From Monocercomonoides exilis PA203 (Eukaryota; Protista; Preaxostyla): a DNA stretch of 64,000 nt. The DNA is taken from positions 992,001 to 1,056,000 of the forward strand of contig LSRY02000026.1 in the NCBI GenBank assembly GCA_001643675.2. Direction: 5' to 3'. This document shows positions 1 through 13,089 of the stretch, one piece after another. The position numbers and the translations under genes are program-made. Position 1 is the first letter of the stretch. Each line of letters opens with the position of its first letter. The notes under the pieces were generated by a model. The model made no database searches and was not told the origin of the DNA. It saw nothing but the letters and a program-made list of their open reading frames with translations.

Positions 1-571
1 TTGTGTGCTTTCTCTTCTTCTTCTTCTTCTTCTTCTTCTTCTTCTTCTTCTTCTTCTTCTTCTTCCTGTCTCCTCTTTTCTTCCTCTACTTTGGCTTCTC
101 TGCTCTTTAGCGACTTATTCGCCTTGCTCCCTTTTACTGTCTTTGATTGGCTTTGCGTTTGATTAAGTGTTTTTCCCTTCGCTTTATAGATTTTTTCGCT
201 ATCATCCTCTCTTTCTCCTTCTCTTTCTTTTTCATCGCAAACTTTTCCTTTCTTCCCCTCTTCTGCGTCTTCATCTCCTTCACCCGCAACGCCCAGCAGC
301 TTTGCGAGAACAGCACAGACAGCATTTTTGATCTCATCGTCAGCCACACAAAGACACCGCAGCAGAATTCGCATGTGAATCGATATGACATGCACTTGGT
401 TTGATAAAGGCTGCTCTTCGGAATCATCATCATCTTCTTTATCATTGTCATCATCATCATTGCTATCATTAGCATTTGATAAATTGAAAGAAGAAGAAGA
501 AGAAGAAGAAGAAGAAGAAGAAGAAGAAGAAGAAGAAGAAGAAGAAGAAGAAGAAGAAGAAGAAGAAGAAG

Positions 572-602
<31 letters not shown>

Positions 603-1615
603 TTCTGGAGAAAGCTCACTTTCTTTCTGTGATTTGCCTTTCTCTCTGTTCTTTCTTTCCTTCCTTTGGCACAAAGTCGACTTTGTACTCACGCTTCCCT
701 CATCTTTCGGAGCAAACCGCTCAATAATTTTCAAAATGAGTTTCTTCCACTTGCTCCACCCAGCTGCTGCAAAAGTTTCCTCTTTTTCTTCTTTGTTCTC
801 ATTTTTGCCTTCTGCCATAGCTCCATCGCCGGCTCTTTCCCGATACCTTTTGGCTTCTCCTGATTCATCCGCTTTCTTGATTGCAAGTCGTATCAGCTCT
901 CTTCCAATAATCATCTCGCCGACCACTCCTGTCTCATCCCTCTCCACAAAATTGAGGCACATTTCACCAATTGTGGCAGAGATCGCATCATTCCCATGCT
1001 CCATCATCACTTCCTTCACCACATCGAACAACGAGCCATCGCCAACAACTTTCAACGGAGAGGCTGAAATGGACAGCAGCAGAAAATTCCTCAGCAAAAT
1101 GATCACGACTTCTTTTTTGTATGTCGATCTAATCAAAACAATTAAAAACAAAAAATAATTTATTTAATATCTTTAAGAACGCAGGTTGATGATAGTCGTG
1201 AACCTGAGCAATCTGAGATTAATTTCAGCAAGTTTTTCCAAATTACTTTCCACGTTGTCAGATTTTATTTCGTTTTCAGCTTGGGAAAACACAATTTTCA
1301 ATTTTCAAATCTACTCAATAAATAAACCGTTAACAAAAAGATTCAAACAAACCAATAACATGTAAAGCCTCTGCAATCGTTTGAAACGCATGCTCCTCCT
1401 GCATCTCCATAAGTTCGTTTGCTGCTTCAAGAATTGCATTTATCTCTTCCAAGGAAAACGTATTTTTACTAAGTTCAAAAAATGTGTCCAAAAGCAGATT
1501 CTGCGCTTCGACATTCATCTTCCACTTTTTACAATATTCCATAAGTTGTAAATACAATTTTCTTTTTGATGAAGGATTTGTATCACTATAGCAGCCTTTC
1601 ACCTTTTTGCTTCAT
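1..1615 (-). CDS. Spliced hypothetical protein (helical, with poly-Ser and acidic tracts); runs off the left edge of the window
   Basis: ORF 1330..1602 can be joined through GT-AG introns at about 1311-1352 and 1129-1180 to a frame that is open from about 1128 to position 1 (..KEVVIILLRNFLLLSISASPLKVVGDGSLFDVVKEVMMEHG..poly-S..VISIHMRILLRCLCVADDEIKNAVCAVLAKLLG..). The start codon is unclear. Confidence 0.6.
487..600. repeat. (GAA)n microsatellite, encodes poly-Ser in the minus-strand gene
   Basis: Uninterrupted GAA run; a shorter (TTC)n run lies at about 14-66. Confidence 0.95.
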
Positions 1616-3234
1616 GCAGAAAAAGTGAATTTTCACCAACAAAAAAAAAAAAGCATTCAACAATTCATTGATATTGAAATAAATAGAATATATGCGAAAA
1701 TTGGATAATTATTGCAAACAGCAGATTCAATAGCGATTCACGCTCATCATTCACATTTTCCGACATTTATGCAAATCTTAAAACTCTGGGTATAAAAAAC
1801 ATACCACGAAATCATTGCAAAATATCTATATATTAATAATAATCACACATGCAATTGTGCGAGCTCACTGCTAATTATTGTTTTTATTGAGAACAAAATG
1901 ATAAAAACAATTCTCAGAAATAATAAAATGGGTGGTTTAACGTTTGGATTATAAATAAACAAAATTTAAAAAAAAAATGAAATGAAGCATTATTGAATGT
2001 TGATTTTGTATTTATACCAAAATTGAAATTTTAATAGTTAATTTCAAAAAATTTTTTTCTTATTTTTTTTATAGAATGCCGAAACAAAGTGGGTTTGTTC
2101 CTCGGAAATTAGTCTTGAAACTTAACTTTTCTCACAATAAAGATATTCTTCCCTCCTGGTTATCACGGCTTTACCTCTGTGACTTGACAAAAAAAATAGA
2201 ATCAATGACAAAATGACTGACAAAATATTTATGATTTGTCAAAAAGGGTTATTTTTAACGATTTCACAATTCTTATTTGCAGAAATAATAAATGTGGGGA
2301 AAATATTTCACTTCATGCATTTTCATTGAAAAATTATGTACTTTTCATTGACTTTTTGAGATTAAAAAACACAATAAAATGTTTCCATTTTTTGACACTT
2401 GTGAAATACCACAATTCTTTATGTTTTGATTTCAACGAAACCTGTTTTCAGATATGAAAATCAGATTTATTTCAAAATCTGAGAAAGCGAAATAAAGTTA
2501 TGAGTGAAGCAGTTTTTTTGTGCTTTGTGCAAAAAAAGCTTGAAAGTCCGCATTTTCCCCCATTTGTGAATCGAAATACAACAATTCTTATTATTTTGAA
2601 AAGATCAAATTTTTAATTAAGATGATAAATTTCCCAACTTTCATTTTTTTGACAGAAAATGTCAATTGTAAAATATTTTTCTCACAATATGTCATATACC
2701 GTCACTGACAAAACAGAAAATGACTGATATTTCAGATGCTATCAACAAATCTTTTCCAAAGCTTTTTGGAAAGCTTTTAAAAGTTTTGGTAATTATTCGT
2801 ATAGTTTTGTTTCAATTAAAATAAATAAATAAATTTTTTTCTTTTCTTTTTGTATTTTTTATTTTATTCTTTTTTTTTTATTTGTTTATTTTGTAATAGA
2901 CAAATGATTTCAAAACGAGTCACGTCACTGAGGTATATATCACGGTATCTTGTGGCGGTGTTGAAAGAACCTGTGGATGAAAGTACAACCCCTGTCTCTA
3001 CTCCCTCCCTTTCTTGGGGTGTCTGCGGGGTGTCCTAGATCGGGTGTAAGATATTTCTTCGATCTTGATCTTTTGTCCTATTCTTCTCTCTCCGCGCCTC
3101 TTCCGATCAATATCAAGCTTTTTCTGTATGGAAGTCTGTATGCCCTCCGTCAACTCCATAATTCTGCAGGGAATTATGGGGTGTGTTTCCTCATTGTCGG
3201 GAAGTCGAGCTATTTCACTCTCATGCCGTAAACT

Positions 3235-4330
3235 CTAATTTCGAATAGGATATCGTTTCTTCGATCTCTTTGTCTTGCCTATCTCCACTTCTCCCCCAGC
3301 TTGTGAACTCTCTCCTGTGTATTCCTTAATTCCTGGTTTTGTCTTCTCATTTCTTATATCCTTTCTATCTCTGTCCTTCTCCGACTTGTCATCTTCTCCC
3401 GTAAGGGGTACTGGGCCGCCGATTGTCTCCAGGATCCATCTCGTGTCTTGAACTGGTTGCACGGTGTAATACTTCTGGGCTCCTCTAGAACCTGGCGCCC
3501 ATCTCGCATAAGCATTGATTGCTTTCCAATCTGCACCTTCTCGTTTTGCAAAGTGTGTGATCACTGCGTGTCTTATTGAGTACGCGGTGAAAGTTTCGGG
3601 TATTTCGTTCTCTCTCAAAATAGCCGTTAACTCTTCCTCAATTCTCTTCAAAATTGCAGGCCTGCTGCCTTCTATGTCGAACCAGATAAACTCTTCTTCA
3701 AAAGACGTCTTTGTTAACTCCATCCAACGTTGGAGCACTACTACTACATCGATACGTCGATTTTGGTGTTATTAATAATAACCTTAACCGTCTATCCCCC
3801 TGATGTTTTTGTTTGTACTTGTGTGAGTATTGTATTGTCCTTGAATATCGATGTCTCACTTCTCATTCTCTCCAGCTCAGCTGGCTCTAAAGTTGCAAAA
3901 ATAATAGTGAAGATGAGAGCTCTACTCTGGAGGATTTTTGGGTTTTCATATCGTAGGTTGTTTAAGCCTATTTTGGAATAATTGTGAGATCCCACATCGA
4001 TTTATATTGCTTGCCCCTTCTTGGCTTTTCTCCCACATAAGTCTTTAAAAATATTTCTATGTCTTTCACATCAATCTTAATCTCTCTGAATAGGTTAATA
4101 GAATCCAGTACTTTCCGTACTGTCTGATGAATCACTCCGTTTGAGAGGTTCGTATTCGAGAGTGTTTCGGTGAACTCTGCCATAATCCACTTGGCATCTC
4201 TGGTTGTGAGGGGGTCGGTATCATCCATTCTCTCTCTATCAAGAAATTGTTAAAATCTTCGCAGCGCTCTCCACGTATCTCTTTCACTCTTTTGATTTTT
4301 CAGTGTTGCTGCTGCTATATCCTTTGCTCC
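3235..4330 (-). pseudogene. Tyrosine recombinase of the DIRS element
   Basis: FTAYSIRHAVITHF (H/Y-x-x-R box), ARW, and a catalytic Tyr in KYY. The first-box Arg appears replaced (ATLEPAEL). Split across ORFs 3968..4228, 3792..3995 and 3235..3738. Confidence 0.8.
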
Positions 4331-4369
4331 AACGTATTCTCCCCATGTTAAGAAGAGGTCCCTTCCTTG

Positions 4370-4700
4370 GATATTTTCCTCTCCAGCATAACGCTTATTA
4401 CCTCTCCTGGGGGTGATTTCCAGCCTTCCATTCTCATCTTCGCTCCCGGAATCATGCACTCTTGATAAGTCCCCAGGGTCTTTATCGAATGCCCAGGCTG
4501 CAGTGGCGGGGTCCAGGTCTGCCCCCGCCAGGCCGGCAGAATCAGAATCGTCAGTTCCCTCTAAGCTTTCTTCATCTTCTCTTTCAGCACCAGTCCAATG
4601 TTTCTCAGGAATGGGTTGTCTAGCACTATCTCGTCTCCTGGCATGTTTTTCTCTCTCTTCCTTCTCAGAGAGGATGGTCTCCAAGTACTTCCGCAGGGCA
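4370..4700 (-). pseudogene. DIRS methyltransferase-like domain remnant following RNase H
   Basis: In the RNase H frame: DNPFLRNIGLVLKEKMKKA*RELTILILPAWRGQTWTPLL. This resembles the (F/N)PP...LI.P.W..Q.W pattern of the DIRS1 MT-like domain. Confidence 0.55.
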
Positions 4701-6375
4701 CCGGCGCAATCGGTCTTATAATTGTATCTAGTGTTCTCGGTGCGACTATTTGCAATATCTCTGCGACTTTCTCCACTCTTAGCGCATAGTCCGGCTTTCT
4801 CGCCATCCGGCTGAGTGCATCCGCTTCTATGTTCTGTTCTCCCGGGAGATGATCCGTCTGGATTGTCATGTCCAGGCTATTCAGTTTCTTCTCCAATGCT
4901 CTCAGTGTTGGAATGAGCGATGGCGCTCCCCTCTTCTTCTGTATTGTCCATCTCGTGGACATGTTGTCTGTCTTCAGACGAATATGATCTTCCTTCTGTT
5001 GTTGCAACCACTCTCCCTTTCTCTCTTGTTTCCTCAACACTGCTCTGGACTCCTTCTCGTTTATCGCTAACACACTCTCCTGGCGGGTCCAACTTCAGGG
5101 GAAGTGAATCTTCTCCTCTTTGTTTTCTTCCGGTATTGTTAACACTGCACCCCAACCCAGCTTTGACGCATATGTTGTTAGTTCTGCTGGTCTGTTCCTT
5201 CTCTTCAGACTCCTTGGTCTGTTCTCTAGTACGATCTTTCTCCAATGTGTTAATTCTCCCAGCATCATTGGGTTGGCTATTACCGTTCCCTTCCAGCCCC
5301 CGCGGGCTATTGCCTGCCTCAACACGTATTGCATACACTTCATTTACAAACTGGCAGGTGGGTGTTGTAGTCTCACAAAATTCAGCCTCCCGAGGAGTGC
5401 TGCTAAATCCCTCGTCTTCTGTCTCCTTCTCTTCTTTGCTAGTGCTATCCAAGTTCGCACGTCCTCCAGAAGCAGCACTCTCTTCCTCTCTTGGAGCTTC
5501 ACTTCCATCTTCTCTGAGTTCCACAACCATCCCAGAAACTCCACGCTCCTTGTGGGTTCCAACTTCATTTTCTCTTCCGATAGTATCCACCCCAGACTCC
5601 TCAGGAACTGGGCTATCTCCTGTGAGATCAATCTCAATGCATCCCTGTCTGGGTGCATGAGGAGTATGTCGTCCAGATATATCACTTGCTTCACATCCCA
5701 CTTTTCTCTGATATATGACGCTGCCCGGCTCATTATCTTCGTGAATACTATGGGCGCGTCTTTTGCTCCAAATGGCATCCCTACGGAAGCGTAGGCTTGG
5801 TTTTGAAAGCTGAAGCACAGATAGGGACTGAATTGTTCGTCCACTTTGACATGTTGGTTTGCACTCGATATGTCCAGAGTTGTCATCCAGTCGTTCTCCT
5901 CCAGGAGTTCAATTGCAGTCTACTGGGAATCCATCTTGAAGTGTTTTCCTTACACTTCCTCGTCTAGAGCTCTGCAATCCAGGATCTTTCTCCACTTTCC
6001 GTTCTTCTTTATCACCATGAATGTCGGGTTGAACCACTTCACCTCCGACTCTTGCACGGGTTTCACCACTTAGTCCTTTAATTCCTCCTCCAAGAGGTAT
6101 AAATAATTGTTTGTCATCTATGTCGTCCCCCGAAACTCATATCTGTGTTTTCTCTCCTCGAGTGAGATTGGGGACCGGGGACTTCTCCATCGAGCTCTTA
6201 TACCACGGCTAACTAGTTTGTCTCCCCCAATCTTCTTCCACTTGTTCAGCTTGTTCACTAGTCTCCCAGGAAGTGACTCCTTCAATGGTCCAATCGCCAC
6301 GCCCCTCTTCACTTCTGTCGTCCTGTGGCCATACTGGATCTGTGTATTCTCTTTTCCTTCGAGAGTATCTGGCAT
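4700..6375 (-). pseudogene. Reverse transcriptase + RNase H of the DIRS element
   Basis: RT motifs KWRKILDCRAL, MTTLDISSA, GMPFGAKDAPIVFTK, VIYLDDILL, VEFLG. RNase H motifs LTTYASKLGWGA, INEKESRAV, LKTDNMST, HLPGEQNIEADALSR. Interrupted by stops and frameshifts. Confidence 0.9.
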
Positions 6376-8929
6376 CGCTCTTTTCGACTCCCACTTTGAC
6401 TATTCTCAATTGGGAACTCGATATCAATCCCAGAAGCTCTCCCAACTATCTTCTCGTTCTCCTTCTCGTTCATCATCTCGCTTCTCTGTCCGTCACTCGG
6501 GGATATGCGGAGTCCTCATCTGTTCTCATTGTGTCTTGTTGAACATCTTTTATCGATATCTCTATCGCACGATCCCCTGTGGTTTCTCGTTCTCTCTCCT
6601 TTCTTTGGTCTAACGAGCTCAGAGTCTCTCTGATATTCACATGTTGTTTCGGAACTAACGTCTTTAATATCATCTCGCAATGAGCTGCGGTTTCTTGTCG
6701 AATGATCATTTCGCTGGAGCCTGACTGTCTCCTCTCTTTTTCGGTCTCGCGAATGAGCGCGACGACCTTCCCCCTCACTTCTCCTGTGCCCATTTGTTCA
6801 ATACAATAGACGTTCTCGTTGCTGTTCCTCCTTGTATTCTTTGGGGGACATACTGGCTGGGGGAAGGTGGACTATGATTGAGGCAAGTCTCCCAACGGAA
6901 GTTGGGGTATACTGAGCCTGAAACTGGGGCATTCACTTTTTTTCCCTGAAGTTCTTGAAGATCCCATCGAATTCACGTTTTGCAGCCGTCTGCATTCAAA
7001 TCCCCGTGTGCTCCTTCCCGAACTGAATATTCTCGGGGATCCACTTATGGCTGTTGTGGGCCCGAAACCTGTTGTGGAGTCGGGAGATGCACCGTATCCT
7101 GCTGCATCTCCCTCTGCTTGAAAAAAGCTAGTGCTCTCTACTAGTTTTCTCAGGTTCTCCGGCACTTCCTTAGCCATTCCTCCTTCTAAAAAGCCTTTCG
7201 CGCTCTCTCAGTTCGATTGGGATAGAAGCTTCAACAGGTTAAAAAGACTCATACAGTCTGCAATAAGCGCATAAGCTCAGAAAAATCCTCTCAGTCACTC
7301 TTTTTCTTTTTCCATGAGGTGAGCATTTCTTGATTCCTTCACCGTTAGTGAAGCAATCACTTTCGCTGATTCAAACCCCGATTCCAGGGCAGGATGGAGG
7401 AGTTCGATTGCTCGGCTTGCTTCTGGTGAGTCTCTTCTCCCCTTTGTTGTAATGGCTGTCCTGGGCAGCGCATTCCAATTTGTGTCTGTGTGTCCTGTAA
7501 AAAACTCTTTCTCACATTTAGAAATAAATGTATTTCGAATGTTATCATTTATCCTAATTGATCCAGCCTTTCAAAAGTCCATGAATCTTCTCAGCTCGCC
7601 AGCCTGTCAACGGTGTGTCAACCACTCCCTGGGAAAAATTCTTGCAAAGTCTTGTGTTCTTACCTTTTCTTCCTGCACTTCTTGCTCTTCCGAATCCCAG
7701 TCGCTCTCCTCTTCGTCCCCCAGTCTCTTCATTCGGCTTTATGTGCGACGTAATCTCTCACGCTTTCCTTGTTTCCGCTTCGCGATCAAATCATCAAAAT
7801 CTGCATCTGACTCCGACTCGCTCGATCCCGATCTGTTTCTTCTTCTTTGTCGTTATCTCTTCTATTTCTTCATTGGCAACATTCCCTTAGATCCGGATTG
7901 AGTTTGCAATGTTTAGCTCCTAGCGTATTCTTCCATCACATTTTCCACTCTCCTTAGTCTCTGTATCGAATCAAATCCTCTGCCCTCGCCGTCGCTATTT
8001 GGCATTCCAACAGGATCTTGTATCGTCTACACTGCGGACTATGGAATGAAAGAAAGTTAATTTGTTAGCGAAGTTTGATCAAAAACCACTCATAATTTAA
8101 ATTAAAACTCATTATTGAGGAGCAAACCTGCTCCTTGTGTTTGTTGATTCGCTTTAATGAAAATTTCTTATTGAAATCCAATGTTTCAGCTAACCTATTT
8201 GGGTGATTTTTTTTGATATCATAAAAAATTCCGACGTTTGATCATAAAAAATTTTCATTAAGGGTGGGGTTAATTAGAAAATATTTCAGAAAAAATTTGC
8301 GAAAATATAGTTTAATATGTTGTTATTATTAATTATTTGTTGCTTTTAATTTGATTTTAATTGTTATTATTTCAAATATCGAGAAATAAAAATAATATCA
8401 AAAAAAAAATCGTAAATTCGATAAACCTAATAAAACAAAAGTTTACTGGTTGATAGAACATAAAAACAATAAAAACAATACATAATCAATCAGTTTTTAT
8501 TATAAAAATAAGTTTTTTGGTGTTATTGCAAAGAAAATTTCAAAATGATATTGAAGATCATAAAATATAAGTTGAAAATGAACAATTTTATACAACACAG
8601 ATGAAAAATATGATAACATAACAAGATATTCATCAGATATACAACAATTAGAAGTTGATATTAGCTTGGAAATAGATAATATTTTAAAGAAGTTATCTTA
8701 ACAAATTGATCAAAGTTAAAAAGAATTGAAAAGAAATAATGAATAAATGAAAAGAAATTCACAAAATTTCACTTTTTTCACTTTAAAAGCCTACAACTCT
8801 AATGATCTCATCTTTCTCATGCTCTGTCCTTCTTTTTGGCATTGCATAAGTTGCTCGGCGAACATTCAACTCAACTATTTTTCTGAATATGCTTCTCTGC
8901 GTAATTTCTTTTTCTTCGCAAATCACTTT

Positions 8930-10871
8930 GAAAGCTGGACAGATATATCACTAAGTTTGCTTGAATTCTTCAACAGCCCTGCTTGGTTCAGATTCAACCC
9001 TGATTGAGGATGCAAGGGTTTTTTTAGAAAGTGGAGATGATGGTTTTCGGGCTGATAACAATCAGCTCTTTGAGGCTGGTGCTGTGCGAGTTCGAAACCC
9101 TTGGCAAAGTGGAGAGCACAATATTTTTACAGATCAAGTGCACCGGGTGTGTGATTGTGGGTGGGGAGAAGGGGAGCGGAGACGGGAGATGTGTAAAGAT
9201 CTCATCGGTGCAAGAGGAGGCGGTGAGGCAATTTGCCCTCGAGCATGTGGTGTTAACCAGATACGATTCGTGGAAGGGAAGAAATGTGTTTGCATCGGAC
9301 GACATGCTGTTGGCAGTGGTAGATGCAGCCCATATCAACTGGAACATGCCCAGCGCCGACATCAGTTCCCTCGACGAGCCCAGCGGATTCGTTCTGGCTG
9401 AATCTGTTCCCAACCTCCCCCTCTCATTTTCAACCTCCACTTCACCTCCCTTCCTTCACCACCTCCATCGCATCCCACTCCTCCCACCGACCCCGACCTC
9501 GATATCAGCCCCAACACCTTAATCACCTTCCACCGCGCCCACCAGATATTCGTCGATTAGGACACCTGCTCCTCTGCCCTCCAGTGCGGCTCCCTGCCTG
9601 CTCCCTGCGACTTCATCTCCACAAATGTGTTATGCATCTGTAGCTCAACAGAAAACAACCTCTGGATATGCCCACTCTTCCCTCTTCTACCTCCTCGACG
9701 GATAACTAGCTGTGTCCTCCTTCCTCTTTTCCGCGGCTGACCAGCCCGTCCGCCTCAACTCCACCCTCCTTTGTTCTTGCCGAGGCACCGTTCGCTTCTC
9801 CAACATATCTGTCCATTCCCTCCCCCATCACCTGCCCTGCTCATCCTGTTCTCGCCACTTCCTCCCTCTTCCTCTCCCACGCCAACCTCCCCACCCTCAG
9901 TGCTGCCTCGCCTGTGCTCCTGCTCGAAGATGACGTCAGCAACTCAGTTGAGCATCTCATCACCACGTATCTCGCCATTGGAGGTTTCAGCGTTGTCATT
10001 CTCATCTTTCTTTGTTTAATCAGTCTAAAAGCTCATTCACCATGATGCGTTCCATCTTCACTGCCATCTCGCAAACTGCACCATCTCCCAAAGAGGAGCT
10101 CCCTCTGCCCTTGAGCGTGCAGCCCTGTTCTGCTATTTCCCTTCAGTCACACTCGAGGTCTGCTCAATTAATGGAGGCTCTCCCCGGCCGTCACAAACCT
10201 CCGCCAGCAACTCCTTATACAGCAGCAGCAACAGCAGCAGAGTGACTATTGAGCCAGACGCATCAGAGGCACAAGATGGACAAGAGAGTGTATGCGAATG
10301 GAGTGCCTCTCTCATCCACTGCCAGAGCACCACAGCTGTCCTCAAAGACACAACCATCTCTGGCGCACAGCTGGGCGCACTCTCTGCAGCTGCCGGCAGC
10401 ATCCGTGTCGACCGCTGCGAGTTCGCCAACAACAGCCCCGCCATCCCCAATTACCCCTCTGCCCGCCGCAACATCATCTGCTCCGACTCCTGCACCCTCA
10501 CCATCCCCTCCCTCTGGCCTGGCGACCCCTTCCTCCCCGCCTCCTCCTTGTGGCTCCTCAACCGCGGATGCACCCTCCACGGCATCCCCGCTCACCACCC
10601 TTCCCCGCTCTTTGTCCCTGTGTTCCACAGCGCGCAACCCAAGCACACACCTGACACCATGGATCTCACGTTCAGCGGACTGCACCTCGCTCCCTGCAAT
10701 CTGTCCTTCGCTGTTGTGAAGAGCAACTGCGATGAGAAGGAGATCGAGAAGCACGATTTCGATCCCGATGGATTCCTGTCGGAAACAGAAGCCGAAGGGA
10801 GCGTGGCAAAGGACCTCGTCAGCGGCTGTGGAAGTGTGATAGAAGTGAGTTTGGGCATGTTATTTGGATAG
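8930..10871 (+). pseudogene. Decayed fragment of the beta-helix-like surface protein family
   Basis: NNSPAIPNYPSARRNIICSDSC...SSLWLLNRGC...PLFVP is clearly homologous to NNNPSIEGYPSARRNVICEG...SSLWILDEGC...FFIP in the 35571..41306 protein. Fragmented frames. Confidence 0.75.
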
Positions 10872-11049
10872 ATAGCACAATATACACCAATGCTATCATT
10901 CATTCGACTCAATCTTTCCTCTTTAATCTATGTAAAATAATAACATATTGCAAAACTTCTTTTATTAATTGCCTTTTCCTCATTTTCGACTTTAACTTTC
11001 CTTTGCTCTTGAAAATCATCCTTCCTCTGAAATTGTTCTTTTCAACAGC

Positions 11050-12610
11050 TGAATGTCAGGCATGCACGAAATAAGCTGCATCTTCACCTTCTTCATTATT
11101 AGTTCTTTTCACATTCTCCTTTTTCTTCGCTTCTGTCGAATCTTCTTCTTTGTGGCGCGATCTCCAATTCTTTTTGCATCCTGAATGTGAAAAAAGAATC
11201 ATTTTAAAAATCAAAAATAATAATAACAAACCTCTCGAGAATGTTTGAAATCTATCTTCAGTGTTTTCCCTTCCAAACTTTAAACGTTCATCATTTTGGC
11301 GCTTCCCTATCGTATTCAATCGTTTTTCACAAGCAGATTCTTCAATAATCCTCTTTTTGGAGATCTTTTCTTATGCCTTGTTTTCTCAATCAACCACGCT
11401 GCTTTATTGATCTCTTTTCCATTTTTTAAAACTTTGATAATTATCATTTCTCTTCTTGCATCTTGGAATCTCTGCCAATTTTTCATTCCCAACGCTGTCT
11501 TTGGCTTATTTGCATAAATTCTCTTTTAGAGATTTCAATCATAACATGTTTCTTCCTCCTCTTCCTCATCTTTATCATCATCATCATCTTCCTCTTCTTC
11601 ATCCATTCGTTCAGGTGTGATGCAACGGAAGGCTCTCTCAACCCGAATGTTTTGACTCTCGCTGTCGGAGTGAACAATTGTCATGACCAAATGATAAACT
11701 TTGATGATTCATCAGTTATTGAAAACTTGTTGGCTGAATGGAAACAACAGAAATCAAATGAAATTCTTCTGAAACATGGTTTGCAGCGCGTGGGAGAAGG
11801 AATAAAGCACTTTGGGGTTCAAAGGAAGGAGAAAGACATGAGGAGTCATTTGGGATGATTGAAGAATGCATGAATAAATCAAACGTGATTGAATGCTGCG
11901 AGTGGAGCAGTGCAGCCTCCTGTACGATATTCTTTCAGTGGGAGAAGGATATCAAAGTAGAAGAAGAATGTTGTTATAAACTTGAAGAATGAAGAAGATC
12001 TGTCAGAATCAACATATTGATAGCTTGTGGAAGCTCTGGTTGTGCTGGTGATGTTGCACTAAGAAGATGTACCATCCATTGAGAATATTTGAGAAAAAAG
12101 AGCATTTGCTGGAATTCAATGTCAGACATAGAGGAATACTGGAGCAAAAGAGAGGAGGAGAAGGAGATCTGGAGGGTGATGGGGAAGAAATAAATTCAGA
12201 TGATAATAGGAGGAGGAGGAAAAAGAGATGTCTTTTGTTGGAAAGATGAAAGGATGTTTGCTTTGGATGAAGGGAGCTTGACTGACTCAAACAAGGTGAA
12301 GATGAAGCTATCGGTGGATAGCTGATCTGAGAAAGAAGAAGATGAAGAAGGCGATGTGGATGAAGAGAAGAAATGTTTAGTGGTTTGTAAGAAGAGGAAG
12401 TCTCGTTTCATGTGGAATGAACAGTCAGCTGCAACACAGGGATAACAGTGGTAGCAGAAAAGGCGGGATATTTGGTTCCCAGTTCAATCTTTTTTATCTG
12501 CTCTATTTCCAATGGCAACAGAAATGCTGGAAAGAGCACATAGAAAAGATGCATTGCACACGCTTTGAAGAAGATAAATGAAATAAAACGTGAAAAGTTA
12601 TGGCTCATAT
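11050..12610 (-). pseudogene. Decayed hypothetical gene
   Basis: Coding-like composition and short minus-strand ORFs with many stops; no recognisable motif. Confidence 0.3.
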
Positions 12611-13089
12611 CTTTTTGCATCAATTGATTGAAAAAAAAGAGAGTTTGAAAAAGTTTAAAAAAGAAAAACAAGAAATATGATAAAAATAATTAAAACAATA
12701 TGATAAAAATATGACAAACTTTATCAAGTCAGGAAATGCACCTTTATCTCTTCTTGATTAGAACACATTGGTTATTGATTGTGCGAGTCCAATCAGACTA
12801 GAAAGATAAAGCGTCTCAATGATTTTTCTTCCAAAGTTGTTCAGTGAGCGATCCGCTGCAGGTTGTCAATTAGCACTTTCACAAAATGACCTTTGAAATC
12901 AACACAAAAATCCTTCAAAAAAAAATTGCATTTAACAATAAAAAAAAAAGTTCAAAGTCGAAAGTTTTGAAATTTAATAAGAATATGAAATGAAAATAAA
13001 AGTTAATAAAATAATAATAATGATATTTCTTTGTTTAATCAAAAGAAAATCAACACAAACATTTATTCCAATCTACTCCATCACAAACA

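Larger units (their letters stand above)
2910..8040 (-). mobile_element. Decayed DIRS-type (tyrosine recombinase) retrotransposon; boundaries approximate
   Basis: GC-richer block within AT-rich flanks. On the minus strand it carries, in order, gag-like fragments, RT, RNase H, a methyltransferase-like remnant and a tyrosine recombinase, with many stops and frameshifts. No terminal repeats identified by eye. Confidence 0.85.

Noticed and set aside
134-1158. Poly-Leu and poly-Glu ORFs listed in the ORF track
   Set aside because: Alternative-frame or antisense readings of the GAA microsatellite; the plausible gene is the spliced minus-strand poly-Ser frame.
2109-2730. Recurrent TGAC(A) motifs, short imperfect direct repeats, and a 15-mer (TTAGTCTTGAAACTT) shared with 29873-29887
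   Set aside because: No clear TIR pair or TSD, and short matches are unreliable in very AT-rich DNA.
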